Position numbers and translations under genes: made by a program. DNA of 64,000 nt from Eledone cirrhosa (taxonomy: Eukaryota): contig OZ024741.1 of NCBI GenBank assembly GCA_964016885.1, forward strand, positions 178,312,001-178,376,000. The letters are read 5' to 3'. Shown here piece by piece: positions 1 to 14,844 of the stretch (positions within the stretch are counted from its first letter, which is position 1; each line of letters begins with the position of its first letter). Below the pieces are notes generated by a model. That model saw only the letters and a program-made list of their open reading frames with translations, was not told where the DNA came from and did not search any database.

Positions 1-52
1 TTCAAGAGGACTGGTGCGTTATGGTCCATCTGGTTCCTTACCACAACTGCTT

Positions 53-88
<36 letters not shown>

Positions 89-90
<2 letters not shown>

Positions 91-273
91 CTGAGGACGG
101 CATGTATATGTGAAGCTATGTATATTTCCTCTGATAATTTGTAATATTTTTACATAGATCTATATGATATACATACCAACACACATATACATCCCGGAAA
201 CGATCGTAAATTGATGATTTTTTTAATATAAGGAACTTGTTCTTTGTTTTTATTTCATTGTTTATATTAATTT
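89..273 (+). mobile_element. Solo pLTR fragment of a Naiad-like PLE, with HHR core (CTGAGGA 91-97, GAAA-CGATCG-TA 197-208)
   Basis: Aligns by eye with 3249-3441; flanked by (TA)n on both sides. Confidence 0.75.
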
Positions 274-287
274 ATATATATATATAT

Positions 288-864
288 GTAGAAGGCGAGT
301 AATAGTGTAGAACAATAAAACTATGCATACATTACATAAGTAGCACACAACACTTGGTAGAACTGGAGTATATATTAAAGAAAAAATTAGAAGATGGTTA
401 AAGAAGTTCCATATATTTTATTATGCGCATTTCGAAAACAACATCATCCTGGGACAACAATTGTGTTGTCATCAGATAAAATAAGGTAACATGATATGAC
501 GCCTAAAAACCCATGTCAACAAGAAATGTAGACTGCACACTTTCTTGTTGACATGTGTTTTTAGGCCTCATATCATGTTACCTTATTTTTTCTGATGCGA
601 ACATAATTTTTGTCCCAGAATAATGTTGTTTTCGAAATGCGCATAATAAAATATATGGAACATCTTTAACCATCTTTTAATTTCTTCTTTAATGATATAT
701 AGACTGGACACTTTCTTGTTGACATGTGATTTTAGGCCTCATATCGTGTTACCTTATTTTATCTGATGAGGACACAATTTTTGTCCCAAGATGATGTTGT
801 TTTCGAAATGCGCATAATAAAATATATGGAACTTCTTTAACCATCTTTTAATTTCTTCTTTTAT

Positions 865-865
<1 letters not shown>
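288..865. mobile_element. Non-coding PLE-derived element: one inverted plus two direct ~165-bp HHR-bearing units
   Basis: 374-526 is the reverse complement of ~541-694 and ~712-862; each copy has CTGATG(A/C)...GAAATGCGCATA. Confidence 0.85.
755..824 (+). ncRNA. Minimal type I hammerhead ribozyme
   Basis: Stem I TATTTTAT/ATAAAATA, CTGATGA 763-769, GAAA 805-808, palindromic stem III ATGCGCAT; an intact antisense copy lies at 414-483. Confidence 0.85.
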
Positions 866-1200
<335 letters not shown>

Positions 1201-1570
1201 AGTAATAATAATAAATTTGAAGACTAAAATCCAAAGACGGCTTTGATAAGGGTAAATATATATCAAATATATGAGAACCCTAGAGCAAAAATATATATGT
1301 GTATATTTATATATAAATTAAACACACACACACACACATGCTTACGCACGAGTACGAGTATAGCTCTTTTTACAAAACGGTTTTTTCCCATTTCAGGTAG
1401 ACTTGCTCCATCATCCACTTTTCTAAAAAATAAATCATACACAAAACGCCTGCATCAACAGTTTTGCAAGAGATGTCAACATGAATGAATTTGTTATTTT
1501 TATCTCAGGACATTTTTTCCAATTCCATCCCGCCCGTCCCCTTAATCTATCTTATTTCTCATTCTTTCTT

Positions 1571-1595
1571 CTGATGAAGGACTAGCGTCCGAAAC
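1571..1595 (+). ncRNA. Partial hammerhead core (CTGATGA-a-GGAC-tagc-GTCC-GAAA), apparently truncated by the next insertion
   Basis: Core and stem II present; stems III and I not convincing. Confidence 0.45.
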
Positions 1596-1605
1596 ACTAT
1601 ATAGA

Positions 1606-1810
1606 TATAGTGGTAGAACACTGGAAGGTAATATCCGTAGTGGTAGAGCACTCAGTCCATGGGACGAGTTAGGTAGAAGTGGTTACACAACAGTTAGTTC
1701 ACCATACCGAGGACAATTGTTTCACCATTAGCGGATCCTCAGCGCGAGGTGAGGATCCACTAAGGTGAAACAATTGTTCTCGTTATGATGAACTAACTGT
1801 AGTGTAACCA

Positions 1811-1812
<2 letters not shown>
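1606..1812. mobile_element. Fold-back mini-PLE (inverted pLTR pair) with an HHR in each arm
   Basis: Arms ~1677-1746 and ~1746-1813; CTGAGGA...GAAACAATTGT; same family as 53222-53460. Confidence 0.85.
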
Positions 1813-1899
<87 letters not shown>

Positions 1900-1907
1900 A
1901 TATATAT

Positions 1908-2476
1908 GTAGATAAATCTACCAAAAAGTTACGGTAGTGTCCAATCCGTATGAACAACTCAATGTAATCCGGATATCATGAAAAGAGAAGATGCATTCAA
2001 AACTATTTTCGGTGAAAATTAACGGAAACAGAGTCAAGATAAATTAATAAAATAATGAATAAACAAAGAAATAATGAAATCTAAGGATATCCTATTAAAT
2101 AAGCGACAGGAATTAATAATATCGTGTAATCATAGACTGAGAAAAACCTTTAAATATTATAAACCTAATTAATATACACTTTAGAAATTAATATATAAAC
2201 TGTTTTTAATTTAGTTAACCTATAATTAATATTCTACTACTGATGAACTACATAATTTTACTTTACTTCTTACAACTATCATTTCCTAAAACTGATACCA
2301 TTAAGTAAACATATATAATGCTTTAACTTCAGGTTATGACTCTGTTCCTTGAAATCTCTATATATTTATTATTTCTCACTAATAAATTTAATCCCCCCCC
2401 AATAATTATATGTATATGTAAGTGTGAATGTGTGTGTATATATATATGTATGTATGTATATATGTGTGTATATATA

Positions 2477-2507
<31 letters not shown>

Positions 2508-3437
2508 GTATATGTGTGTGTGTATGTGTATATATATATCTATATTATTTTTATATTCTTTTAATTTCCCCTCATCTTTAACAGCACTCTTCAACTGCAT
2601 CTAACTCTTATTTATCATATCTATATGCATTAGTATAATTTTATCAATATAAATATACCCATCAATTAAATTAATTTATATTCTTTTCATAGATGTATTT
2701 TTTTCACTAACACTCTTATCGTAAAATTTTAGTCTCCTTAGATATTTGCATTGGCATTACTATTTTATAACAGCAACTGCTCGTATACCTTTTACTGACC
2801 TGACCTATTTTCACCCCTAAATAAATCTTCTCATTCTTCACACTCCATTCAAAACTGAAATCTGCCTTATTCTACCCCTAAAATAAGCTTCAATTACTAC
2901 TATTTTACCATTTGGCCAATTATTAACTTTCTATTGGTTAATTCTAAACCTCATACCAAACAGACAGAATATATTAGATCTTTGTTGGTTTTATTCAATG
3001 AACAAATATAATTATTTCTGAGGTCAACATACGACCTATTTTCATCCATAAAATAATCTTTCATTCATAATATTCTTTTCCATCCAAAACTGAAATCTAC
3101 CTTCCTCTACCCATAATATAAGGTTCTTCTACTACTATATTACTATCTTGACCCTCACTATCTCTCTATTGGTCAATTCAAAACCTGTTCCCAAACAGAC
3201 CTATTGTATTGAATCTTTGTTTTTTTTTTCAATAAACAAATATCATTATTTCTGAAGACAGCATATATATATATGTGTAGGTATGTATATTCCCTCTGAT
3301 AGTATGTATAAATATTGTACATAGATCTATAGAATATGCATACCAACTCTAACACATATATATCCTAGAAACGATCGTAAAATGATGAATTTTTTTAATA
3401 TAAGGAACTGTTTCTTTGTTTATTCATTATTTTATTA

Positions 3438-3441
<4 letters not shown>
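1908..3441 (+). mobile_element. 5'-truncated Naiad-like PLE with an inverted 5' pLTR tail
   Basis: 2068-2172 translates to EIMKSKDILLNKRQELIISCNHRLRKTFKYYKPN* (matches 46.7 kb); 2040-2071 is the reverse complement of 3411-3442; two diverged ~230-bp repeats at 2802-3260. Confidence 0.8.
3243..3388 (+). ncRNA. Type I hammerhead with a ~109-nt stem II region
   Basis: TCATTATTT/AAATGATGA stem I, CTGAAGA 3252-3258, GAAA-CGATCG-TA 3368-3379. Confidence 0.7.
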
Positions 3442-3504
<63 letters not shown>

Positions 3505-4136
3505 TATATGTATATATATATATATATATAAAGTGTGCATGTACCAACAGCATGTTTTTGCAGTACACATAGCATCCTGTAGCACAGAATATTACAATTA
3601 ATTAGACATGAGAAAAAATGAATCTATTTCTTTCCTAACAAGTTTTAAAAGAAAATGGTGAAGTGTTCTAATGCAAGAAAAACATAATCCTTTGTTTCTA
3701 CAGTAGCAAGGGTATGAACTTCACCAAAAATGCGTTCCTTTTCGGTGACTGTTTCCTATGGTCATCCACATATTTCCCTTCATATGCTGATGCAGAATAT
3801 TACTGATATCTTAGTAATTGCATTTGTTAATATTTTCAACACATTGCAATTTTATTGCACCAATTTCTTAAACGTATTATATAATTATCAACTGTGCACG
3901 CAAAGCACTATTAGGTGCATAATTACCGGGCTCACATTAATTATTAAAGTGTTGAGTCTAATATTAGAGATGTTTACAACATGCATTTCAAAAGTAAAGA
4001 TGCTACAATCATTTGAAATAAGTGACCAGCTTTTAGATATGTTCAACTAATCATTCAAATTATTATTAAAGTACGCTTCGGTGATCCAGAAGTTTTTGGT
4101 CCATGCAGAATCTCTTGTTGTTAAGTTTTGACTGAA

Positions 4137-4335
4137 GAGCGGTGGATTGGCAGTATCGGTAGAGCGTCCGATACCATGTTTTGCAGCATAGAGTTACGCC
4201 CCATTATTATCTGAGTTCAAATTCCACCGAGGATAGCTTTGGGGTCGATAAAATAAAGCACCAGTAATACAGTGGGGTCGATTTAATCAACCCCCCCCCT
4301 ACAATTGCTGGCCTTGTGTCTATAGTAGAAATCAT
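4137..4335 (+). mobile_element. tRNA-derived SINE (Nin-like core)
   Basis: A-box TGGCAGTATCGG, B-box GAGTTCAAATTCC, GGGGTCGATAAAATAAAG core, TGCTGGCCTTGTG tail; many copies in the window. Confidence 0.85.
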
Positions 4336-5439
4336 TAATTTCTGATTGTAATATTTCAATGAATGATATGCTCTAAATCTGAAATATAATGGGTTACGTT
4401 TGCTTTCTGAAAGTTACTTTTATATTTTGTTTTGTGATATAAAACTTCCTATATATGGAAATGCATGTCACTAGCCTGTAAGTGTTCCAGGAACGTACTG
4501 TCTACATATTCAGAAATGTTTGTATTAGAACTCAATTGCCGTTACCTATCTTTGCGTCGATACACATTCCACTGTGATGTTTACGTAATATATTATTGTA
4601 TTGCGTGGAACAACTTCAATTTTACTTCATTGATTATGTTAAATACGTCTTAAGGATATTCTATTAACGCCATCGATATGATTATACATTTTATTTTATT
4701 ATTTTCCTTTGAATGGAAATTCACTAATCTCATGTGACCTTTTGTGTGTGTATTTTGACTCTTTTTATAATTCGGTTACATTGTATATCTTTAAGAATCT
4801 GCTGGTTAGATTTTATTTTGTCTATGCGCCTTTAATTAGTTTCATAGAATATCTAATATATGGATGTTTGTCTCTCACGTCTAAATAAGATTACATTATA
4901 GTTTCTTTTCTTTTCCTAGTAAATTTGTAGCTTTTAATCGTAACGATATTTTTTCGTTAGTATTTTTCCTAGGTGCGTTATCATTCTGTATTTTCAACAA
5001 TTAAAAATATTTCTATTAGATTTTTTAAATATTAAATGTTTCTGTTTGTCCTTATTTAGGAGGAGGGTTGAACTCTATTTGTTATTTTATCTTGTTATCA
5101 ATTATTTCAGTGACACAACATTGTTTATTTGAAATGAATACTGCCTAAAATATGGCAATTATGTCTATATTATCACTATATGTGAATGTTTCTTTCTTTT
5201 CAGAAGAATTTTCGGCTTCCTTATATAATATAATACTATTTTGATTTGATATATTTCGAAGTGGAGACAAATACAGAATTATTAAAGAAATATCTATGAT
5301 ATTTAAGTAATACTCGAAAGCCTACAATTATTACTTCTGCAAGTTTCTACCAATCCTATTTGAAGTTTTCCGAAGGTTATACGTCTTCCTCCATGACTTT
5401 CCATTATCTGGATTACATATAAATTTACGACTATGTGTG

Positions 5440-5570
5440 CATCGAATCTATGTATCTGTACGCCCCAAAACCTTTTTCTATATGTTCTTTATTTATATGA
5501 TGACACATTTAAAATACCATTTCCATACTCGACAACACTGTGCGGCCCATTTGTAGTCTTATAATAGACA
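5440..5570 (-). pseudogene. Possible highly decayed RT fragment
   Basis: Minus-strand translation LQMG...GAYRYID resembles RT motifs; interrupted by a stop. Confidence 0.25.
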
Positions 5571-7272
5571 TATCATTTCATTAGAAACAGTAATTTTAAT
5601 CTTTGTCTTCTAAAGGGTTTGGCATAATATTAAAGAATGCAGTCATAACACCTAAGAATTTAATGTCCTCTATTTATGCCTGATTGACTTGTTACCAACT
5701 GTTCTCTAACTTAATGCGGTGTCGTGGGCGTACGATTACGTGTCTTTCTTGTAATTAGGTTATTTGCCTGTGTAAATGTTCGTTGTATTCGCGTAGATAT
5801 TTCCAGCATCTCTAAAGTGTAATTTTATATCGATACTAATCTTTGGTCATGTAGTGAATTTTTGTCTCTTTTATTTTTTCAGTTTGCTTTCTACTCAACC
5901 TTCCACCATTTTGAGACAATGTTATAGGATTTTGTTTATTAATATTGCCAATAAAATATATCCACAGCTTATATATACTCCATATCTCAAAAGAAAGACG
6001 TATGCAAAAGTTTTATTGCTGATAGATAACAACATTATAATCAACCACATTGTAAATAATAAGAGCTCTTATAATAAACATTTGTCCTTTGCGTATACTC
6101 TAGGCATTATCTTCCATCGTTAAATAATCTATACAATCAAGAATGTATTTCATTTCCAATATCCGACGATGAATTTGTTTCTTTTATTGTTTATATACTG
6201 TTTTACAAGACATATTTTACTTTGATAGAAAGGGGTCAAACAGCCACGAAATTAATTCTTAAATCTACAAAATATAATCATTTTATACATTTGCATATTG
6301 ACTGTGAGATTATGCTCCAAATAAATATTGTTTTGCAAGAGAATGTATGTTGCTATCAAAAATACAATCTGTGACAGTATATCAATAATCATAACGATGG
6401 GCATACTATGTACATAGGGGGATAATAACTGATTAAGTATATTGTATAATTTATAGATAGTATTTAAAGAGATGCTGCGTGGAGGTACAGTTTACAGAAA
6501 GTATCTAGATAGAAAACACCGATATCTAGAGGATACAATTACTAGATAGATACAACATACAATATATTTCTTCTAACGCTTGCTCAGCGTTGTAAATACG
6601 TAAAATGTGAAATTTGATGAATATCATTCTGGACACGATACTGAGCATGGCGTAGTGGCATTGCTATTGAGACTGCTTTCTCAGCTCTGATTATATATTG
6701 AGTCAGCAGGAAATAACTGACGCTCTAATCTAAGATATTCTACTCGAGAAATTACGTTTTTTATAGAAGTATTTATAGAAATAGTTATACACTAACGTTA
6801 TATTTCTTCCTATTTGTCTAGGATATTGCGGGTATGTTTTAAGGGCAACTTGGATGCTACTTCTAATAGATCGGGTGACAACGTAGAAAAAAGCCATTAG
6901 CTCTGATAATGATATGACAGAACCTGCTGTCACGTCTTTCAAACGTGGCTACTATTACAAGCCCAACTTTTCCCCTTTGGGTATCACCCACCCTATATCT
7001 CATCATATCTCCATGGATCTAACTAACAATTTTCATTACACCTTGTTCAACTTAACTGTCAAAATATAGTTGTCAAAATATAATTACATACGTATTTTAT
7101 TCACACCATGGCACATGACTGATGTTCCGGTTCGTATTCGGCTTGTAAATTATTCTAGAACAGTATTTAATTATCTTTTTAGACTGCAGCCCTGAATGGA
7201 GCATCATGACTATTGGTAAGGGTCAATATTATGTATGATTACTTTGATACAACGATGTCCTTGTACGAGTGG

Positions 7273-7376
<104 letters not shown>

Positions 7377-9489
7377 GCGCGTGCGTGCGTGTGTGTGTGT
7401 GTGTGTGTGTGTGTCTATGTCTGTCTGTGTTTGCCTGCCTGTGTGCGTATGTAACAATGTCTGTAGGTGTGAAAAGGAAAAAAGGAAAAGAATCTTCAAT
7501 CGAAAAGAGAGCAGAAATATTTTTTTTTTTTTTATGTTCATACATGGAACAAATGTGCTACCCAAGGTTCCAAGGCCCAAATTTGACCATGCACCCAGAA
7601 TACAAGAGGCATGTCAATAGTGACCTTTTTTCAGGTGTTTATACGAAATACCGTTAAATGTTTGCTAAAAATGTATTTCAAGTATGTTCCAGGATATTAT
7701 GCGGCACTCCTTACTCCTTTAATTGCATCAATAAGACCGTCTATGAGATCAACATTACTGCAAACAATATCCCCGACGATAATCCAAGCTGATTTTGGAG
7801 GGTTAAAGAGGACTGCCCGCTTCATCAGAAGTAACAACGTTGAATATTTTGAAGTTAGCAAAAGATACGTGGGTATTGTGCATTATCGTTTTAAACAACG
7901 TTTTTACACGCTTTCAAATATGCAAATATGAGAACCAATATTTCAAGAGCGAAAGTTATCCTGTAAACAGAGTGGACTATTCTGAATGCACCCTGATTAA
8001 TCGTACTTCCCAGGAATGATGTCTTAACGTATTTCTAACCAGCCTCCCAGGTCGAACTTCACCTACAAATTGTTTGCATTATCAGATGCTATAGTAGATG
8101 AAAGTTTCCCATGATTGCATTTAATGATATTGAATGCGAAAACATGTAGTTGAGGAAGAAATGTCGTAAAAGAAAGGCCTGCTTGTGCATATAAATATAA
8201 CATCCTAGTAACAGTAACCATCTACTAAGCTATATTTGTCTGTATATGTGACATTGGCATGAAGAAAATTGTGATATAATGTGCCTCCCACTTTTGTATT
8301 TTATATAAATTGGGGACAAGCCCTAGTAAGCAGCCGTGCATTCTTCCCTCAGCTGTTATGTTCTGTCTTCTCAAACAATAATGAATATATGCCGATTTAA
8401 TTTAGTAACCTCTCATTTGATATAACTTCCTATGCATTAGTCATAATGAATGTAATCGTGGTACTTACCAATTAATTATTCAAACTGGGCCAGAACGATG
8501 TTGTAATTGGTGCAAAGGCTCAGTGTTCTTCCACAGGAAACCAGCCTCATATTTATATTGTAAATAATTCTTTTCTAAGGTCAGCATCCCTACAGTATAC
8601 AGTTGATTTATTTTCTCCCATTGTCACTTTTTGGAATACACCGCTATATCCTCTATTTTCGTATTGACACAGTACGCGTATATGTATATTATAGTAATTC
8701 TCTATTTCTTTATTTGGGGTATGTCTTTCTTCGATTAACATTCAAGCTAATTGGCTGACTTATTGATTCGGAAAGATTCAACGAGTCATTATATGTTGTT
8801 GATATGTGTGGTAACGGTTGTATCATTGCGATCATTTATGACCATGTTGGTTAGCATAGAGATTAAATTACTCATATATGATAGGTGGCGTCGAGTAACC
8901 TCTTTCATTTTGTAGCCATATAATATCTCAATAATTCGACAGATTATATTCTGGAGAGACGATACCATACCGAGGAGTTCAATAATCGTGAAATCTATTT
9001 AGTCTGGGGTATTATAAATGCTATTATAAATTTCATTGTTTTTCTGTTTATGTTTCTGAATTTTACTTAATTTTAAATGTATTTTTTGAAACTTATATTT
9101 TATTTGCTGAAGATTATGAGGTTGATCTGTGCAAATGTTTCTCGTCCGATTATAATCTTTAAAAATAGTTCTTTGTTATATTTACTCCAAATGAGTATGC
9201 TGCATAATATCATATATCCGTATAATTATTTGTAAACCCGGTCTTGTCTGATCTCTTGATATGCTTTGAATTTAATCAGCTATCTCATCCATGAGTTGTC
9301 TTGCCGTTGTTTACTGCGCTGGACGTTTCCTTCTTCTTCTTCTTCTTCTTCTTCTTCTTCTTCTTCTTCTTCTTCTTCTTCTTCTTCTTCTTCTTCTTTT
9401 TCTTTCTCTCATCTCCTCCCCCTCCCATGTCACCTCTCCTCCTCCTCCTCCTCCCCACACTCCTCCTCCTCCTCCTCCTTCTTCTTCGC

Positions 9490-10310
9490 TCAATTATTCC
9501 TGAGAGTATCGTGCGGGCAGAGCCGTCAAACACTCCTTCCAGAGGGTCCTGTCAGAAGCAACCGACTCCAGGTGATCCAATTGGATCCCCTAGCGAAAAC
9601 AGCGAATCTCATGGATGTTATCCAACCAACTCGCTCGGGGGTCTACCCCTAGGTCTCATATCGGTTAGTTTTACAAATCTGTCCAGCGATTCTTTCCTGA
9701 AACATTCTAACCACATGCCCATATTATCGGAGCTTTGATATTTCAATTCTTAGAGGTATCGGCTCTACCTGGAGTAACGTTATTCCAAAGACCCGTTGGA
9801 GGAACCCTATTTCGGTCGCTTGTGTTCGCGATCGTATTCTTTCGGTCATTTTCGAAGATTCATGACCACATATAAGGGTTGTCACTGCAGTAGCCAAACA
9901 AAAAAGCCATGCTTTAGCATGGACCTTAGCCAAAAAGAGAAACAGTTGGTCCAGGCATGGAAGTGCATTTAACAAAAGCAAACCTGGGCCAACGTAACCG
10001 CCTCCGACTGAGGCCATAGAAGTGGTGGAGAGGAGAATGATGATCTGCATTTCAGTGCAGACGGAAACACCCTGTCTCCAATTAATCTAGTTTGGATCCT
10101 CAAACAACATAACTTCAGTTTATAGATGTTATCTAACCATCTTGTTCGTGGTCTACCTCTGGCTCTGCAATCGGTTGGGTTTTGTCCAAAAATATGTTCC
10201 GCGATTCTTTCTTGAGACATTCTAACCCCATTTCTTTAGTAATGGAGTTGTGATCTCTCGATTAGGAAAAGTAACGGATTGAAACCCTCATCTCCGAGCT
10301 ATGCACTGTA
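9490..10310 (-). mobile_element. RTE-clade LINE 3' fragments with adjacent (TTC)n tract
   Basis: MSQERIAEHIF...RARGRPRTRWLDNI and GHESSKMTERIRSRTQATEIGFLQRVFG are typical RTE C-terminal sequences. Confidence 0.8.
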
Positions 10311-13265
10311 TCGTTACAAAATGACGAAACTGTCTTAAACATATATTTAAAGCGACCAAAGCGCGGAATTCTGAGTGCAATTGTACTGTTTACAATTTAT
10401 ATGTGGAATAGAAAATATTAAACTGCATGCAAACCCCTCGTAACATCACTGCATTCAGTCTTTATCCATATATATCTTGATTCTCTACATTTACTGATAC
10501 TTTTTTGTAGATGATGGTTGTTATCTCAATTCAAGCCTGCGAACAATTACATTTCTGTTACGATAAACGCAAATTTACTATAGTAATTCAACCTTTCTCT
10601 AAATATATTTATGTATGTGTGTCATGCGATATTTCTAGTTTAGATTGTTGTAATTCAGTATAATCTATATGTTTGTCCAAGGTATGCATGCTGTTCAGGA
10701 CATTTAGTGCTAGAAACAGCGGAAGATGAAGTTTAATTCTCATTAAATATGAATCGGTTTTTTCGTTTCTTGCTTTCTTTTTCTTCATGTATGTTGTGGT
10801 TTCTCGTTTACTTTCGATATCAAATTACGTTTATTACTTTCCTCAGTCACGTCCGCGTGGACGAGTTGTTTTTGTTTTGGTTTTAAGATTCAATCCAGCT
10901 CTGATTCGCCACACATGGAGAACTGTGTTCTATTCGTAAACATTCTATATTTTATTTTACAAGGAATTATATTGAATATTTAAAGAGCAATTTGAGAGAT
11001 GTGAAAGCTATGTCTACCATTTTGGGCGACCACGTAGGGCGACACCTATTGGCCCGTGGCAATTAGCAGCCGAATGTTTTTAACTTTACTAACATTTGTG
11101 ACCTGTTTTGTAATCTGCTGCTTAAATGTTTTACGTGTGATTCATTCTTAAATTCACAAAGGACGTAGGAATTTGTCAGTGTAGTTTTGAGAAATATCTG
11201 TAACTCTGATTATTGTTTAAGCTAAGTGGAATGGTATTGCTTATTGGGGGTGTCATGCGATATTTCTTGTTTACATTGTTGTAATTCTATATAATCTACG
11301 TGTTTGTCAGGGTTTAGTTAGAGAAGAAATCGTAGGGCTCATGACTATTTCAATGTTATCTGACATTTATGCAAGTAAGAAAAAAATTATCTTTCGACCG
11401 GGGAATTTACTAGAATACCTACACCCTAGGGGATTCTCCGAAAGGCAACAATTCTGTAAGTGATGCTGTTAACGAGGTTAACGGTGTTGTTTTATCACCC
11501 TTTATCCTTTTTTTAATATAGAAGTATGTTCGTCACACGGATAACTGTTTGTCTATAACTACCGGGACAATTAATGCTTTTATGGAGTTATATATACCGT
11601 AGAATATATCTATATAACATCATTTTCCTAGATATATTTTAATTTATTTGCTGTGTTTACACCTATGATTCTTTTTGACTTGTTCATTATTCTAACAATT
11701 ACTTTATATCAGAATTCAGTTTACGCAGTTTTACTTGTCTGTCAAGTGACTTGATCAGACATCTTGTTTTGAAACTTAATAAATTAGAGTGTTAAAGAGT
11801 AATTTAAGCCGTTCTAAGGCTCACAAAAATCTGTTAAATTCGTTTTACACTTATCATTTATTGATTTGAATATCTTCACCAGACTGATTCCGACGTAGTG
11901 ACTGACACAGTTCGAGCAGTGGAACTGTGTCAAATTATATATTACACACAGTGTGACAAAGAAATATTTGATACCAAAATATATATCATAATTTAATTTA
12001 AGCAGTTTGTTTTCTGAAAACATTTTATCTAATTGGTATCGTATTTGTAGGTAAACTCGACATTTCCAGATGGGCGTTTGCGAACCACTGTAAAAGAATA
12101 TCCCAGCATCGACGCTGGTCTTAGACCTACCTCTGCAGTCTGGCCGGCTGCGGGTGGGAAAAAGTACAAACTGTGAAGCCAACAGTCGGAACGGATAGTG
12201 CAAAGCATCACCATCGATGCGCTAATGATTCCGCCAACTCACCATCAGAACTGTACTTCATTTGACTTAACTCTGGTCTTCCCAGAATTCATTGAACTAT
12301 CCTTAACCTTTACATCTTCATGATATTGCTTACTTTGGTGTATCTGCTAACAAAGTTAGAGGGTTTCATTTGAAACGAAATAATATGAATATCATACTGA
12401 ATAATATGATATGATAAATAAATAAATAAATATGTACATAAATAAAGCATTGTTTTATATTTCTTTCGTACATTTGATTCGTGTTCTTTTTATTTGTGAA
12501 TGTTAAGTTTTAATGTTTGAGAAATGTTATATTTTCACTTTTTCAATATATTGCTGTTTCAAGTTGCTTGTGCCCGTTTCTATGGTTATTTTATTTACGA
12601 CTATTTTAGTGTTATCCGCTTCGTTTGGAGATTAATACGACTGGCTGGTTTATAAATTATATGCTAAATCCTCCTGATGTTGACATCTGTTTATATTTTG
12701 AAGATATTCTTGATGGCCCTAGAGCACTTTTGAATAATTCTCCTTAGTTTATGATCAGATTTATTATATTTTTTCAATCGAATTCCTTATATAGATTAAT
12801 ACCAATACAAACATATTGCATTTCTTGTAGATGTTTTACTATTGTTTTCCATGATGCAGTGATTATATTGTTTTCATAAACTTCTGTTTATGTGTTTGCT
12901 TCAATAAGCCACCCTTCCATATAAGTAGACTAAAGTTGCTGGAAATAGTTTTTAGCGATTACTTTAATACTATTACGTATTGTTATGTTAGATCTATTTC
13001 CATAATTCATACTCAGAGTGGTTTCAATTGTTTCTTTTATAACAGTTTTTAATAATTTCAAGACACAGTGTGTATTTTTTCTCTTAAATTTATATTTCGT
13101 CTTTGATAAGATTTTTTGTTTTGATTTTACATTCCATTAAATTAGGTAATTTATTGTCAGAGAGAATTATTGTTTCATATTATTGATTTTGCTTCGACAA
13201 ATATATTATTTATGCGTTGACACACTATAATATATTTAGGCAAATTCCATCAGTAAAGAGTCCGA

Positions 13266-13370
13266 GGCGGCGAGGTTACTGAGTCAATAGAACAGCGAAT
13301 GTAATGCTTTGTGGTCTCACCACAGCTCTCTGCGCTCTGAGTTCAAAACCCGCCGAGGTCACCTCTACCT
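13266..13370 (+). mobile_element. SINE 5' fragment
   Basis: CTGAGTTCAAAACCCGCCGAGGTC, shared with the full copies. Confidence 0.6.
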
Positions 13371-14290
13371 ATGTCATGACGGTGCACCACGTCCACACTA
13401 GGAGTTACGGATTCATACACAAATACAAAGCCTGCCAATAATATGAAGTCATATATGTCAGAAGACGTTCGTGCCATCGTCGGCAGACGAATGGTGTAAA
13501 TTTATATACCATTAGTACATTACATGTACAATTATATTTAGATTCCAATTGGATTTAAACCAAAGCTAATTTCTCTATATGTGGCCTAAGTTTAAAGTGT
13601 TGGACATAGAATCATAAGGTCATGCATTCGAATCCTGGATCGTGCAGTACGACGTGTTCTTGTGCAGGACTCTTCATTACATATTGATATGCTTGTGATA
13701 TGACTGTGGGTACTTTCATTAAAACACGCATGAAATCTCCTCTGAGATAAAGCATAGTAGGAATCCATCTAAACCTGCATAGGTGTCAGCTGCAAATTAT
13801 TATTTTTTTCATTTCATAGGTATACAGGAGATATGAAATTGTAGAAGTGAACTCATTCCTAGATTCGCCCAACATCCCGGCTGCGTTCAGACGAATGCAA
13901 ATGCTTTTCAACTGGAATGTTGAAATAGTCAGGTCTATGTTAGTTACTTAGTAAAAATGAAAACAAAATCTGTAAAGATATTTCGACACTGAGCAAAATC
14001 TCCTTTTAAGACAAATAGCTACATCTTGTTGATAGTCGAAAATGGGAGGGAACTTCAACCCATTCTTATTTTCTCGGCCAGAATGAGTTCTATATTTCTT
14101 TTGTCAATGATATTAAGTTTTAGCATTATTCACATGCAATTACAGTTTATCACTATTATCCTTTAGATCTAGTAGTAGAGATTATATTTGTCATTTTAGA
14201 TAGCATATATTATTCAATTTTTAATGCAAAACTGAGAGAGAAAGCTCGACTCCAGCTAAGATTAATTAATAAGTATTGTATTTAAACAAA

Positions 14291-14475
14291 GGGCAGTGGA
14301 TTGGCAGTATCAGTAGAGGGTCGGACGTCATCCTTTCCAGCATAGTTACGTCCCTTTACGATCTGAGTTCAAATCCCGCCGAGGTTGACTTTGCCTTTCA
14401 TCCTTACGGGGTCGATAAAATAAAGTACCAGTAATGCACTGGGTAATTGCTGGCCTTGTGCCTAAAGTAAAGACA
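14291..14475 (+). mobile_element. tRNA-derived SINE with a 16-bp target-site duplication
   Basis: Full A/B boxes and core; ATTGTATTTAAACAAA at 14275-14290 and 14476-14491. Confidence 0.9.
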
Positions 14476-14844
14476 ATTGTATTTAAACAAAAAGATTTCA
14501 TCTTCATAGAAGACGGTATGATCGAACCTATATATTATGACTGATAGAATACATTTCTCTAACCACTATAGCTCAGTCAATATATCAATATGATCAACCA
14601 TCCGAAAGGATCGTAAAACAATGGAAGAAATTTGCAAGATAACTTGCCTTTGTTATTATTATCATTATTAGACTAATATCAAATAATTCACACTCTGTAT
14701 CAGAAGGATTAACTCAGGGAAACACGGAACCAATCTCTGGATCTCACTGAAATAAATTGAGTTCTAAATACCGTGTAGACCCTACCACGAAAGTTTGACC
14801 ACATTGAATATAGTACTAATCTTAATTTCAAAGCATATATGTAT

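Noticed and set aside
7560-8050. ORF 7611-7931 with YVG..RFKQRF resembling a GIY-YIG tail
   Set aside because: Too degenerate to support without a profile search
13820-13950. Possible host exon (pyrimidine tract-AG followed by ~40 open codons)
   Set aside because: No recognisable protein, weak donor site, no partner exons
14291-14380. tRNA gene-like A/B boxes
   Set aside because: SINE head with no cloverleaf; followed by SINE core and a TSD
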